64,000 bases of DNA from Candidatus Multivorans sp. Its GTDB lineage: Bacteria; Acidobacteriota; Thermoanaerobaculia; Multivoradales; Multivoraceae. This document shows positions 1 through 17,433 of the stretch, in pieces. The notes beneath the pieces are model-generated. The model searched no databases. It saw only the letters and a program-made list of their open reading frames with translations, and was not told the DNA's origin. Within the stretch, counting starts at the first letter, position 1. Every line of letters starts with the position of its first letter. The DNA is taken from NCBI GenBank assembly GCA_965238135.1, contig OZ250177.1, forward strand, positions 3,045,593-3,109,592. The letters are read 5' to 3'. A program made the position numbers and the translations under genes.

Positions 1-100
1 TTGGATTCTAGCATTCTCGCGGGTCTCGCGGTGTCTCTCGGACGAGGAACACAGGCTTCAACCCGCGCCGGCGCGCCCGGATTCCGGTTCTAGCAGTCTG

Positions 101-769
101 TTAGGACAGCAGCCGACCCGCTCGAGCGGTCAGGTCGTCGAGCCTGACGCCGAGTTCGAGCCGGGCCGCCTCCCGCTCGGCGTCGGTCGATCCGCGATCG
201 AGCACCATCGGTTCCCCGACCGCGACCGCCACCCTGGTGAACGGGGCGCCGACGATCATGCGGTCCCAGCTCCTCAACCTCAGACCGCGGTCCGCGGCGA
301 GGCCGGCGGGGACGATCGGCGCGCCGGACATGGCCGCCAGCACGATGCTTCCGGCCTTCGGCCGGCCCGCCGGTCCGCGCGGACCGTCGGGCGTGAGCAA
401 CAGGGTCGACCGGTGCTTGACGAGCTCCCGGTAGAGGGAGAGCACCGCCTCGCGGCCGCCGCGGGAGGTCGAGCCGCGGGTGACGCGGATGCCCCAGGCC
501 CTAGCCACGCGGGCCGCCAACTCACCGTCGTCGGAGTGGCTGGAGAGGATGGAAACCGGTCCGCCGGCCGGCAGCAGGAGCCGGCGCACCAGGAGCAGGG
601 AGAGCGCCAACTGCTCGTGCCAGCAGGCGAGCATGGCCGGCGGCTCGAGCGCGCGGTCGAGGTGCTCGGCGCCTCCGAGGCGGTGCAGGCGGTAGCTGGC
701 GGTGAGGGTCTGGGAGAGGAGACGGACCAGGACCGCCGCCGCGGGCAGGGCGGCGCCGCGTATCTTCAA
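101..769 (-). CDS. DUF374 / LpxJ-like lysophospholipid acyltransferase family protein
   Basis: Motifs ACWHEQL, SSHSDDGE, RGSTSRGG, TPDGPRGP, LRSWDRMIVGAPF typical of DUF374; TTG start overlaps ACP stop. Confidence 0.85.
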   Translation of the reverse strand: MKIRGAALPAAAVLVRLLSQTLTASYRLHRLGGAEHLDRALEPPAMLACWHEQLALSLLLVRRLLLPAGGPVSILSSHSDDGELAARVARAWGIRVTRGSTSRGGREAVLSLYRELVKHRSTLLLTPDGPRGPAGRPKAGSIVLAAMSGAPIVPAGLAADRGLRLRSWDRMIVGAPFTRVAVAVGEPMVLDRGSTDAEREAARLELGVRLDDLTARAGRLLS

Positions 770-996
770 CCGATGCCGGCGGCGTAGTTGAGCACATCGC
801 CGACGGTCTCCATGGCGGCGGCGTCTTCGTCGCTGATCTCGATGTCGAGGGCCTCTTCGAGTTCGATCAGCAGTTCGAGCTGCTTGGGAGAGTCGATGCC
901 GAGGTCGGCCACGAGGTCGAACGCGGGGCGCAGCTCGCCTTCGTCCCGGCCGCTGGCCCGCGCCAGCACCTTGCTCGCCAATGCACGTGGATCCAT
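766..996 (-). CDS. Acyl carrier protein
   Basis: 76 aa acidic protein with DLGIDS phosphopantetheine site and LEEALDIEISDEDAAAMETVGD; GAGGAG RBS upstream. Confidence 0.9.
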   Translation of the reverse strand: MDPRALASKVLARASGRDEGELRPAFDLVADLGIDSPKQLELLIELEEALDIEISDEDAAAMETVGDVLNYAAGIG

Positions 997-1048
997 TGCT
1001 CCTCAGCTCCTGTGCCCAACCGTGGCTGCCAAGTCCGGCGAGGCCGGG

Positions 1049-2729
1049 TCAGAAGTCGGCCGCTAGTTCGCCGCGAAGGTACTGCTCGCGGAGGGACCGC
1101 CGCCGGACCTTGCCGCTGGTGGTGCGCGGAATCCTACCCCGGCGCACCAGGAGCAGATCGGCGAGCTGGATGCCCAGGGCGCGGCCGACGCTGCGGCCGA
1201 CTTCGCTCCGCAGCAGGGCGGTGCTGCCGCGGTCGCCGCCGGTCTCCATCACCAGGATCGCCCGCTCGCCGTGCGGCGCGTCGACCGAGAAGGCGGCGGC
1301 GCGCTCGCGACCGCCGGCGCCGAGAACGGACTCGGCCACCCACTCGATCTCGTGCGGCATCACGTTGGAGCCGCCCAGGATGAGCAGCTCCTTGGTGCGG
1401 CCGGTGATGTGGACCTCGCCGGCAGCGCTCAGGAAGCCGAGGTCGCCGGTGTAGAGCCAGCCGTCGCGCAGCACCTCGGCGGTCGCTTCCGGGTCGTTCC
1501 AGTACCCCAGCATCAGGGAGGGCGACCGCAGCCGGATCTCGCCCACTTCGCCCGCCGGCAGCGAGCGCCCGTCGGGCGCCGCGATCTCGACCTCCGTGCG
1601 GTCCATCGGCGGGCCGTTCGACGTCACCTCCGGTCCGCCGCCGGACGGCGCCGCGGTGTGCAGGCCGTCGACGGTCTGGCTGATCGAGATGAGCAGCGTG
1701 TTCTCGGCCATGCCGTAAGCGGCGCGCAGGGCGCCCGGATCGAGGCCCGCGGCCTCGAAACGGCGGCTGAACTCGTGCATCGTGTCGGCGCGCACCATCT
1801 CCGAGCCGCTGCACACGTCACGCCAGCCGCTCAGATCGAGCGAGGCGAGGCGATCGTCGCCGACCCGTTCGACACACTGCCGGAAGGAGAAGTTGGGGGC
1901 CGCCGACATCGCGGTCTTCGTGCGCTTGAACTGCTCCAGCCATACCCAGGGCCGCGCCAGGAAGGCCCGCGGGTTGAGCATGATCAGATCGGCGCCGGTA
2001 AGCAGAGAGCCGAGCAGGCAGCCTCCCAACCCCATGTCGTGGTAGAGCGGCAACCAGCCGACGAGGGCATCCATCAGTTGTCCGCCCCGCGGAATCGCCA
2101 CCGCTTCCATGCTGGCGCGGGCGCTCCAGGTCGCAGCAAAGTGGCCCACGACCACCGCCCTCTGGTGACCGGTCGAGCCGCTGGTCATCTGCAGGAAGGC
2201 CGGATCGTCGCCCCGCGGCGGCCGGCCGGCCGGTACCGGCGACGGACTCGTCGCGGCCAGGGCGGACTGCGAGAGCAGATTGGGACGCGACCCTCCGGCT
2301 GGCCCGGCCGAGGCGATCTCCTGAACCTGATCGCTGACCAGGTCGGTGCAGACCATGTAGCGGGCGTCGAGCAGCTCGTTCACCGCGAGCGCCTTCTCGA
2401 TCTGGTTGCGGGGCGAGCCGAGCGCCCGCGGGGGCGCGACCGCCGCCGGCAGAGCGCCGAGGCGAACGGCGCCGAACCAGACCTGGAACCAGGGCCAGGA
2501 GGTCGGCAGGCACACCAGGATGCGGTCGCCGGGGCGGACGCCGAGGGTGATGAGACGACCCGCGGCAGCCTCGATCTCGTCCAGCAGGAAAGGCCACGTG
2601 CGCCGACCCTCCACCCGGCCGCGGCTGTCGATCAGCGTGATGCCGCGCTGCGGCCAAGTTGACGCCGCTCGGTGCAGCGCCTCCAGCAGGGTCTCGGGGT
2701 GGTGCTCGCGGTTCTGTGCTGCGCCTGAA

Positions 2730-2737
<8 letters not shown>
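1049..2737 (-). CDS. Fatty acyl-AMP ligase (FAAL-type adenylate-forming enzyme)
   Basis: AFLQMTSGSTGHQR, WLPLYHDMGL, AAPNFS, AYGMAENTL, TGDLGF, GRTKELLI, IPRTTSGKVRR. Confidence 0.88.
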
Positions 2738-6727
<3,990 letters not shown>

Positions 6728-6786
6728 GGCTGCCCTATCTGCAAGCAGCGGCAGCAAGGGGCAACCGCACCGCGCAACGACCTCGC

Positions 6787-8264
6787 TCATTCTCCTTTGG
6801 AGCGCTGGATCTGACTGAAGATCCTGGCGCCTTCGTTGTAGAGCGCCTCGCCGACGTGATCGGCGCCTGCTGGAAAGAGACCCGTTTCTTCGTCCAGCTC
6901 GATTTCTTCCACAACGGAGCCGTTCGGCTGCTCACGCGTGAACAACCACGCACCCACGTCGCTCGGCTGAAGTGCGACGTCCGGCTCAGTTGCCGTCTCC
7001 GCAGAAGCTCCGACAAGGACGGACCGGCGTACCATGTTCGCGAGCGTTTCCAGGACCCACTCGCTGTGGGTCGTCATGATGACGCGCAGACCCGCACGCA
7101 CCGTCCCCGCCAGCAGCCTCGTGAGTTCCACCTGTGCGGCGGGATGCAGGTGCGCCTCCGGTTCCTCCACGATCAGCACGTCGCCCGGCGCGACGACATG
7201 GCGAAGAAAGAGGACGACCGGCGCGAGTTCCGACACAGCGGAAGAGGAGTTGATCAATGGCAGGTCTTCGTTCCAACCGGCCGGGCGATAGCCGAACTGC
7301 GGGAAGCCGATGACCGGCGAGGGCGAGACGCGGATCCCGCCGTCGAGCATGTCCATCTCGATTCGACCGGCGACATCGTCGAACCCGCCGTCTCCGTTGC
7401 GCGTCGGTAGGAGTTCGATCAGCCGGCTCAGGAAGTCGGTCAGGACGCCGGGCAACAGGGACGGACCGCCCCCAGCACGCCGCTCAGGATCTCCCGGTAC
7501 GCCTCGATTGCGCCGGTACGCCCCGCGGGAAGATAGAAGGCCTGACAACAAAACGGGTGGAAGAGCCGAGGAAGCACCTGCCCCGCCAGCACCCGGAGCG
7601 CGTCGCGAGAACTCACATCGAGTGATTCGTCGTCGCGTTGGCTGGGGTCGTACACGGTAGACAAGAGGTGGGAGAGATCGTCCCGAACGGTGTCTCCGCG
7701 GATGCGGATTTCGTCCGGGATGCCGGCTTCGAGCGTTGCCTGCGCTCCACTCACCCGCAACGCCAGCAGGTCGAGCGCACCCTGCCGTGCGACCACGGTC
7801 GCGCCATTGCCTGCTCCCTTTCGCACCAACTCACCAGTGTCGAGGACGCCGAGGGAGCGGCGGACCTCGTTCTTCAGGTCCTCTCCCTGTCGCTCAAGAG
7901 CCAAGCGCATCTCCTCCGAGAGCACGCTGCTGAGCACGATCTGCTCGTCGGCGGGCGCACCGCGTCGATAGAGCTCCTTCACCAACTCGTCGATGGCGTG
8001 ATGAACGGCGCGGCCGCTGTCGAATTGCATCGGAACGCTAAACATCCGCCGCGCCAGGATCAGGCGCCGGGCACCCGACCCCAATGCGCCTCCCATGAAA
8101 CGATGGAGGGCGTAGATCAGCATGGCCAGCCAGGACTTGCCGGTATTGCTCGGGCCGATGAAGACGGTCAGCGGCCGCAACTCAACCGTGGCTCCGGCGA
8201 TCGGGCCGAAGTCAGCGACCTCAAGTTCCAGGCCGTCGTCGTGAATCGTCGCGTCGTCGCTCAA
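6787..8264 (-). pseudogene. AAA/ABC-type ATPase (AAA_15/AAA_21, AbiEii/OLD-like), split by a frameshift near 7470
   Basis: N-half (TTG 8264; DFGPIAG..FIGPSNTGKS..FYLPAGRTG) stops at 7440; C-half in another frame carries SSSAVSELAP, IVEEPEAHLHP, MTTHS. Confidence 0.75.
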
Positions 8265-8438
8265 GTTTGCGGTTCTCCGGTAGCGGCCGCTTCGGCAGCT
8301 GCGCCGACGAGCCGGCGCGCTGGATGCGGCGAAGATCGACTCTATCCGGCAGCGGCCCCGTCCTAGAACTCGTGGCAGGCGGGGAAAGAGGACGGCCGCC
8401 GAGCCGACGAGGCCGCGGGAGCAGTTAGGATGCCCGCC

Positions 8439-9829
<1,391 letters not shown>

Positions 9830-9833
<4 letters not shown>

Positions 9834-10564
9834 CCGCGCTGTCGGTGAACATCGACCACATCGCCACCGTGCGGCAGGCGCGCCTGGTGGGCTATCCGGA
9901 CCCGGTCGAGGCGGCGCGGCTCGCCGAGGAGGCGGGAGCGTTCGGCATCACGGTGCATCTCCGCCAGGACCGCCGCCACATTCAGGATCAGGACGTCGTC
10001 CTTCTCCGGCGGGCGGTCAGCGGCCGGCTTAACCTCGAGATCGCGTCGGAAGAACCGATGCTCGAATTTGCCGAGCGCGTCGGCTCGGATCAGGTCACGC
10101 TGGTTCCGGAGCGCCCGGACGAGGTCACCACCGAGGGCGGCCTCGACCTGATCGGACGCGGCGACCAGGTGCGGAGCGCCGCGAAGCGTCTCGTCGCCGC
10201 CGGCATCCGGGTCTCCGTCTTCGTCGATCCCGCTCTCGACCAGATCGCGGCGCTCGACGACCAGGACGATGTCACCGGCTTCGAGTTGAACACCGACGCC
10301 TACACCCGGGCCTCGGGCGCCGTTACTGTCGCCGAGTTCGCGAAGATCGAGGCCGCCGCCGAGAGCGGCCTGGCCGCGGGCAGGGAGGCGTACGCCGGAC
10401 ACGGCCTGACCGTGGCCAATGTCGGCCCGGTGGCGGCCCTTGCCGGCATCAGCGAGCTGAACATCGGCCACTCGATCGTGTCGCGGGCGGTGCTGATCGG
10501 CATGACCGCTGCGGTGAGGGAGATGCTGGCGGCGATGCGGGCTACCCGAGTTGGGCCTCGATGA
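9830..10564 (+). CDS. pdxJ: Pyridoxine 5'-phosphate synthase
   Basis: LSVNIDHIATVRQAR, TVHLRQDRRHIQ, TTEGGLD, AGHGL, ELNIGHSIV. Confidence 0.95.
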
Positions 10565-11909
10565 CGCTGGCGATGCGGTCGCAGAGGTCCTCGATCTGCT
10601 GCTGGTCGGGGCCCTCGATCATCACCCGGGCGAGCGGCTCGGTGCCGCTGTAGCGCAGCAGGACGCGGCCGGAGGATCCGAGTTCCCGTTCCGCGGAGGC
10701 GACTGCGTCGGGTAGAGCGGGCACGGTCGCAAGCGGCAGCTTCTCGCGCACGGCGACGTTGCGCAGGGTCTGCGGGAAGCGCTGGAAGCCGGCTGCCAGA
10801 TCGGCCAGCGAGCGGCCGGATGAGGCGACGATCCCGGCCACGGCGGCGGCGGTGAGCAGGCCGTCGCCCGTGGTCGCGAGGTTCAGGTCGAGCAGGTGGC
10901 CGGATTGCTCGCCGCCGAGTCGGACTCCCTCGCGGCGCATCGTCGCGGCGACCTCGCGGTCGCCGATGCCGCAGCGCAGCACCTCGACGCCGTGGCGCTC
11001 CAGCGCGCGCTCCAGACCCATGTTCGACATCGTCGTGGCGACGATCCGCCGGCCGGGAAGTTCGTCCCGGGCCGCGAGGTGGGACGCCCAGACGTACAGC
11101 AGAACGTCGCCGTCGCAGATGTGGCCGAGATGATCGCAGAGGATGGCCCGATCCGCGTCGCCGTCGAGGGCCGCGCCGAGGTCGCTGCCGGTCTCGCGGG
11201 TGAAGGCGACGATCCGGTCGGTGCAGGTCGAACCGCAGTCCCGGTTGATGTTGCAGCCGTCGGGACGGTCGCAGGTGACGCGGCAGTCCGCCCCCAGAGC
11301 TCGGAACAGCCGTCCGGCATGCGGCGCCGCGGCGCCGTTCGCGGCGTCGATGGCCACGCGAACGCCGTCGAGAGGACGGCCTCCCGGCAGCGAGGCCCAC
11401 AGGTGATCCAGGTACCGGTCCGCGAGGCCGGCTTCTTCCGCGAGTCCAGTGGACTGGCCGTGACCCTCCCACGGGGCGCCCCCGTCCGCGCCGCCCGCGA
11501 TCCGGTCTTCGATCGCCCGCTCGACCGAGGGGTCGACCTTGATGCCGTCGGCCCCGATCAACTTGACGCCGTTGTCCGTGTAGGGATTGTGGCTGGCGGA
11601 GACGACGATGCCGCCCATCGCGCCCAGTTCGGTGACCAGGAAGGCGACCGCGGGCGTGGGCACGATGCCGGCCGAACGCACATCGGCGCCCGCGGCGCGA
11701 ACGGCGGCTGCAAGCCAACCGGCAATCTCCTCCCGGCTGTCGCGGGTGTCGCCGCCGAGAATCAGAAGCGGCCGCGAGCCCGCCGGCGGCGCCGGCGGCA
11801 GGCTGAGGCGGGCAAACCAGTAACCGACCGCCTGGACGGTCGACCGGTCGAGCGGCGGCGTTCCGAAGACGGCCCGCATGCCGTCGGTGCCGAAGAGTCC
11901 CGCGCTCAA
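10542..11909 (-). CDS. glmM: Phosphoglucosamine mutase
   Basis: LFGTDGMR, SASHNP, DGDADR, GGEQSGH, RYSGTEPLARVM; follows cdaA-cdaR. Confidence 0.95.
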   Translation of the reverse strand: MSAGLFGTDGMRAVFGTPPLDRSTVQAVGYWFARLSLPPAPPAGSRPLLILGGDTRDSREEIAGWLAAAVRAAGADVRSAGIVPTPAVAFLVTELGAMGGIVVSASHNPYTDNGVKLIGADGIKVDPSVERAIEDRIAGGADGGAPWEGHGQSTGLAEEAGLADRYLDHLWASLPGGRPLDGVRVAIDAANGAAAPHAGRLFRALGADCRVTCDRPDGCNINRDCGSTCTDRIVAFTRETGSDLGAALDGDADRAILCDHLGHICDGDVLLYVWASHLAARDELPGRRIVATTMSNMGLERALERHGVEVLRCGIGDREVAATMRREGVRLGGEQSGHLLDLNLATTGDGLLTAAAVAGIVASSGRSLADLAAGFQRFPQTLRNVAVREKLPLATVPALPDAVASAERELGSSGRVLLRYSGTEPLARVMIEGPDQQQIEDLCDRIASVIEAQLG

Positions 11910-12661
11910 GAACCTGCGCCGGACTGCGGCTGGCGTCCCTGGGTCATCGGCACTTCCACCCTCACGAAGGTCGGGAATTCGACCACGACGTGTTCGCTCT
12001 CGAAGCGCACGCGCGCCTGTTCTTCGACGAACCCGAGACCACGGCCATCGATGTCGATCGGCCCCGCCAGCGCATACCCCAACCTGTTGATCTCCGAGCG
12101 CGACCCCCGGACCGTGGCCAGGCGCGGCTCGATCCGCACATTGTCGTAGTCAACGCTGAAGCCGCCGATCGGTTCGCCTCTCCAGTCGACCTGTACCGGC
12201 ACCTGAACCGAGATCTCCTCGTCGAGAGTCAGGGTCAACTGCTCGGGCGTGAGCGACATCACCTCGATGCCCTCCGCGTCCTCGGGGAGCACGACATTCT
12301 CCGTACTCAGAATGACGGCGACCTGTCGCGGGCCGCCGTACGTCGCGCCGCCGAAGAGGTTCTCTCCGACCGGCACCCGGACGTGGATCTGGTCCCGGTT
12401 CAGGGAGGCGATCGCGTCCTCGCTGCCCCGGATCAGAACGAAGAGCTCCTCCCTGGGATCTTCGGGCGAGCCGAGGATCGGCGAACCCAGAACCACCATC
12501 TGGTCGTGATCCTCCGTCGTGACCCGCGCCTGGACGCTCTCCTCGATCGGCGGCACGGTCATCTCCCGCAGGCGGGGACAGTACGAGGCCGGCAGCCAGA
12601 TGCCGACCGCGATCGAGACGGCAAGAGCCCGAAAGGCCCAGCGGTTGCGGCTCTCGTTCAT
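11906..12661 (-). CDS. cdaR: CdaR/YbbR-like domain protein
   Basis: N-terminal TM followed by YbbR-like repeats (VPVQVDWRGEP..IEPRLATVRG); lies between cdaA and glmM. Confidence 0.75.
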   Translation of the reverse strand: MNESRNRWAFRALAVSIAVGIWLPASYCPRLREMTVPPIEESVQARVTTEDHDQMVVLGSPILGSPEDPREELFVLIRGSEDAIASLNRDQIHVRVPVGENLFGGATYGGPRQVAVILSTENVVLPEDAEGIEVMSLTPEQLTLTLDEEISVQVPVQVDWRGEPIGGFSVDYDNVRIEPRLATVRGSRSEINRLGYALAGPIDIDGRGLGFVEEQARVRFESEHVVVEFPTFVRVEVPMTQGRQPQSGAGS

Positions 12662-13428
12662 CAGCCCCCCTGAGCCAGCAGCAACTCGAAGAGTCGGTTG
12701 CGCAGTTCCCGCATGGTCAGATCGCCGCTCAGGCGACCCTCATGGGCGATCGAAACTTTGCCGCTCTCCTCCGAGACGACGACCACCACGGCGTCGTTCA
12801 CCTCGGTGATGCCGATCGCAGCCCGGTGCCGCGTGCCGTGCTCGATCGAAACGCCGGCGCTGGTGGTCAGGGGCAGGAAGCACGCGGCGGCGGCGACCCG
12901 ATCCTTCTGCACGATGGCAGCGCCGTCGTGGAGCGGCGTGCCGCGGGCGAAGATCGTCAGCAGCAGGTCGTAGGAGATCGAGGCGTCGAGCACGATGCCG
13001 TTCTCCACGTAGTCCCGCAGGCCGTCCACCCGCTCGATGACGATCAGGGCGCCCAGCCGTCGCAGGGACAGCGCCTGCGCCGCGAGCACGATCTCGTGGA
13101 TCCCGGACTCCGGCGTCTGATCGCTCATCAGGCGCAGCAGCGGGTTGCGACCGACCCGGCCGAGGGCGCTTCGGATCTGGTTCTGGAACAGGACCACGAT
13201 GACCACCGGCAGCACGGGCAGCAGGTAGTTCAGCGAAGCCTCCAGCGTACGCAGCCTCACGGCCGCGGCGATCCACGCCGCGCCCAGCAGCACCAGGATG
13301 CCGAGCACGATCCGCATGCCCCCGGTGCCCCGGATCAGCAGCAGCAAGTTGTAGACGACGAGGCCAACGACCAGGAGGTCGACCAGATCCCTCCAACCTA
13401 GAAGCCCGAGCGGCTGTGCCAAGTCCAT
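12661..13428 (-). CDS. cdaA: Diadenylate cyclase
   Basis: Three TM helices, GALIVIER, TPLHDGA, GTRHRAAIG, VVSEESG. Confidence 0.95.
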   Translation of the reverse strand: MDLAQPLGLLGWRDLVDLLVVGLVVYNLLLLIRGTGGMRIVLGILVLLGAAWIAAAVRLRTLEASLNYLLPVLPVVIVVLFQNQIRSALGRVGRNPLLRLMSDQTPESGIHEIVLAAQALSLRRLGALIVIERVDGLRDYVENGIVLDASISYDLLLTIFARGTPLHDGAAIVQKDRVAAAACFLPLTTSAGVSIEHGTRHRAAIGITEVNDAVVVVVSEESGKVSIAHEGRLSGDLTMRELRNRLFELLLAQGG

Positions 13429-13467
13429 CGCGCTCCGATCACCGTGGACGGTCGCCGCTGCGAATCT

Positions 13468-15465
<1,998 letters not shown>

Positions 15466-15616
15466 CTACTTCCAGGCCTGCTCATCTACCTTCAGTCCTG
15501 CCTGTCGACGTTTCGGTCCAGCCCATCCACGTTCGGTCGTCCTCATCGCGGAGTGACAACCATGCTCCGGCCGGCGAGATTCCTGTCCCGCAGGCAGCCG
15601 GACTGCAGCAAGCCTG

Positions 15617-16759
15617 TCACTCCGTCCCCGGTTCTTCAAGCAATTCAATTCTTTGATCCATAGCGAACAAAGGGCGCCGCAGCACTCTGAGCCGGTCCCG
15701 GCGCTGCTCCCAGCGCCAGCCGTCGCCGCAGTCGCAGCCGACGGACGCGCCGGTCTTGTGGCGCCGTCCGAGCTGCCGTCGCAGCTCGCGCCGAGCGGCC
15801 CGCGTCGGCGGGTAGGGCGCACCGGCCAGGCGGTGAAGGCGGGCGAGCGCGGCCGGCCAGAGCGTTGCCGGCAGCCGGGTCAGGGCACAGGCGTCGATCT
15901 CGCAACTCTCGCGGCCGGTCCGCGGTTCGAGAGCCTCGTCGAGCAACCGGCGGACGGTCGGCTCGGCGCCCTGGGCGGCCCGGGCCAGACGGCTCAGCCG
16001 GGCGGCGAGGTCCGGCGTCCCGGCCGCGAGAAGCGGCAGCAGGCGGCGCCGAACGAAGTTGCGGCGCGGTCCCGGAGCGCGGTTCGTCGGGTCGTCGACC
16101 GGGCGCGTCCCCTGTTCGGTCACATAGCGGCGGAGAGGCCCGGGCTCGATGTCGAGCAAGGGACGGAGCAAGGGCAGCCCGAGCCGGTTCGATGCCGGGC
16201 GCATCGCGGCGAGACCGCCGGCGCCGCTACCGAAGAGAATGCGCAGCAGCACGGTCTCGGCCTGGTCCAGCCGGTGATGCGCGGTGACGATCGCCGCGGC
16301 GTCCAAGGACCGCGCCGCCGCGGTCAGGAGCCTGTAGCGCTCGGCGCGGGCCCACTCCTCGATGCTCCAGCCCGGCGGCATCTCTTCAGCGACCCGGAGT
16401 TCGAAGCCAGCCCGGAGATCCCGGGCGATCCGTCGCGCCGCCTGGGCGCGCTGGCCTGATCCCTCGTCGAGCCGGTGGTCGACGTGGACGGCGCAGGGCC
16501 TAAAGGCGAATCGGGAGGCGCAGGCGCGCAGGGCGATCAGCAGCGCGGACGAATCCGGTCCCCCGGAGAAGGCGACGACGAGTGCGGATCCGCGGATCGC
16601 ACGGGTCAGCTCGGGACGCCGCGCGAAGAACCGGGCAACTGCCCGCTCGATATGGTGGCGGTGGAGGGACTCGAACCCCCGACACAGCGGATATGAGCCG
16701 CTTGCTCTAACCGGCTGAGCTACACCGCCCAATCGACGCGGAACCCTACCGGAATCCAT
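15617..16759 (-). CDS. tilS: tRNA(Ile2) lysidine synthetase (short form); start uncertain, ORF overlaps tRNA-CAU
   Basis: VAFSGGPDS, HVDHRL, ARAERY, TAHHRLDQAETVL, LRPLL, DPTN, RRNFVR; upstream of ftsH. Confidence 0.9.
   Translation of the reverse strand: MDSGRVPRRLGGVAQPVRASGSYPLCRGFESLHRHHIERAVARFFARRPELTRAIRGSALVVAFSGGPDSSALLIALRACASRFAFRPCAVHVDHRLDEGSGQRAQAARRIARDLRAGFELRVAEEMPPGWSIEEWARAERYRLLTAAARSLDAAAIVTAHHRLDQAETVLLRILFGSGAGGLAAMRPASNRLGLPLLRPLLDIEPGPLRRYVTEQGTRPVDDPTNRAPGPRRNFVRRRLLPLLAAGTPDLAARLSRLARAAQGAEPTVRRLLDEALEPRTGRESCEIDACALTRLPATLWPAALARLHRLAGAPYPPTRAARRELRRQLGRRHKTGASVGCDCGDGWRWEQRRDRLRVLRRPLFAMDQRIELLEEPGTE
16653..16729 (-). tRNA. tRNA-CAU, most likely elongator tRNA-Met
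   Basis: GGCGGTG/CACCGCC acceptor stem, anticodon loop CTCATAT, GTTCGAGTC T-loop, encoded CCA; G1-C72 pair argues against initiator, G4-C69 against Ile2. Confidence 0.9.
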
Positions 16760-16807
16760 ACCGGCCTCGGCATTGCGGCCCGTCCCCCGAACGCGAACGT
16801 TGGCCGC

Positions 16808-17095
16808 TCAGGGGAACGGTTTGCGCAGCGAGTTCTGGCAGCTCCGGAACTGGCCGAAGAAACTGCGCATCGACTCGGAGAGCGCCTCGTCGTTCAACCG
16901 GTAGATGACGTTCTGGCCGCGCCGCTGGTCGATCACCAAGTCGGCCTCCTTGAGCACTGAGAGGTGCCTGGAAATGGTCGGCTGGGAGAGTTCGAACTCT
17001 CCGACGATGTCACCGACGCAACGTTGCTCGTCTTCGAGCAGGCGCAGGATGTCCTGCCGCGTCGAGTCCGAGAGCGCCTTGAAGACCTTCGTCAT
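16808..17095 (-). CDS. ArsR/SmtB family transcriptional regulator
   Basis: VFKALSDSTRQDILRLL, LSQPTISRHLSVLKEADLV, RRGQNVIYRL; GGAG before ATG 17095. Confidence 0.9.
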   Translation of the reverse strand: MTKVFKALSDSTRQDILRLLEDEQRCVGDIVGEFELSQPTISRHLSVLKEADLVIDQRRGQNVIYRLNDEALSESMRSFFGQFRSCQNSLRKPFP

Positions 17096-17433
17096 TCTCC
17101 GGGAGCGACGGTGCCGGGGTTCGAGTCCGCTCAGCGAACCGCCGAGGCGTACGGGTCGAGGTTCTGTGCTGTGTTCCACGGTCTCAGATCTCCAGTCAAT
17201 TCGGTCCTTGCCTGGCTCCGCCCTTTTTAGTGACCCAGGGGCCCAGTAGACGGTGGGGCCACGGGGCCCAACGACCAAACGGCTAATGAACAGTTGCCCA
17301 TTATGACATAAGTTCCTCTCCACGTCTCGTGGATAGAGGTCCGATGCGCCGCGAACTCCTGGTTCTCGACGTGGGCGGCGTCGGGTACTCGGCGCGGATC
17401 CCGCCTTGGTTGAGCACCGGCGGAGGACCGGCT

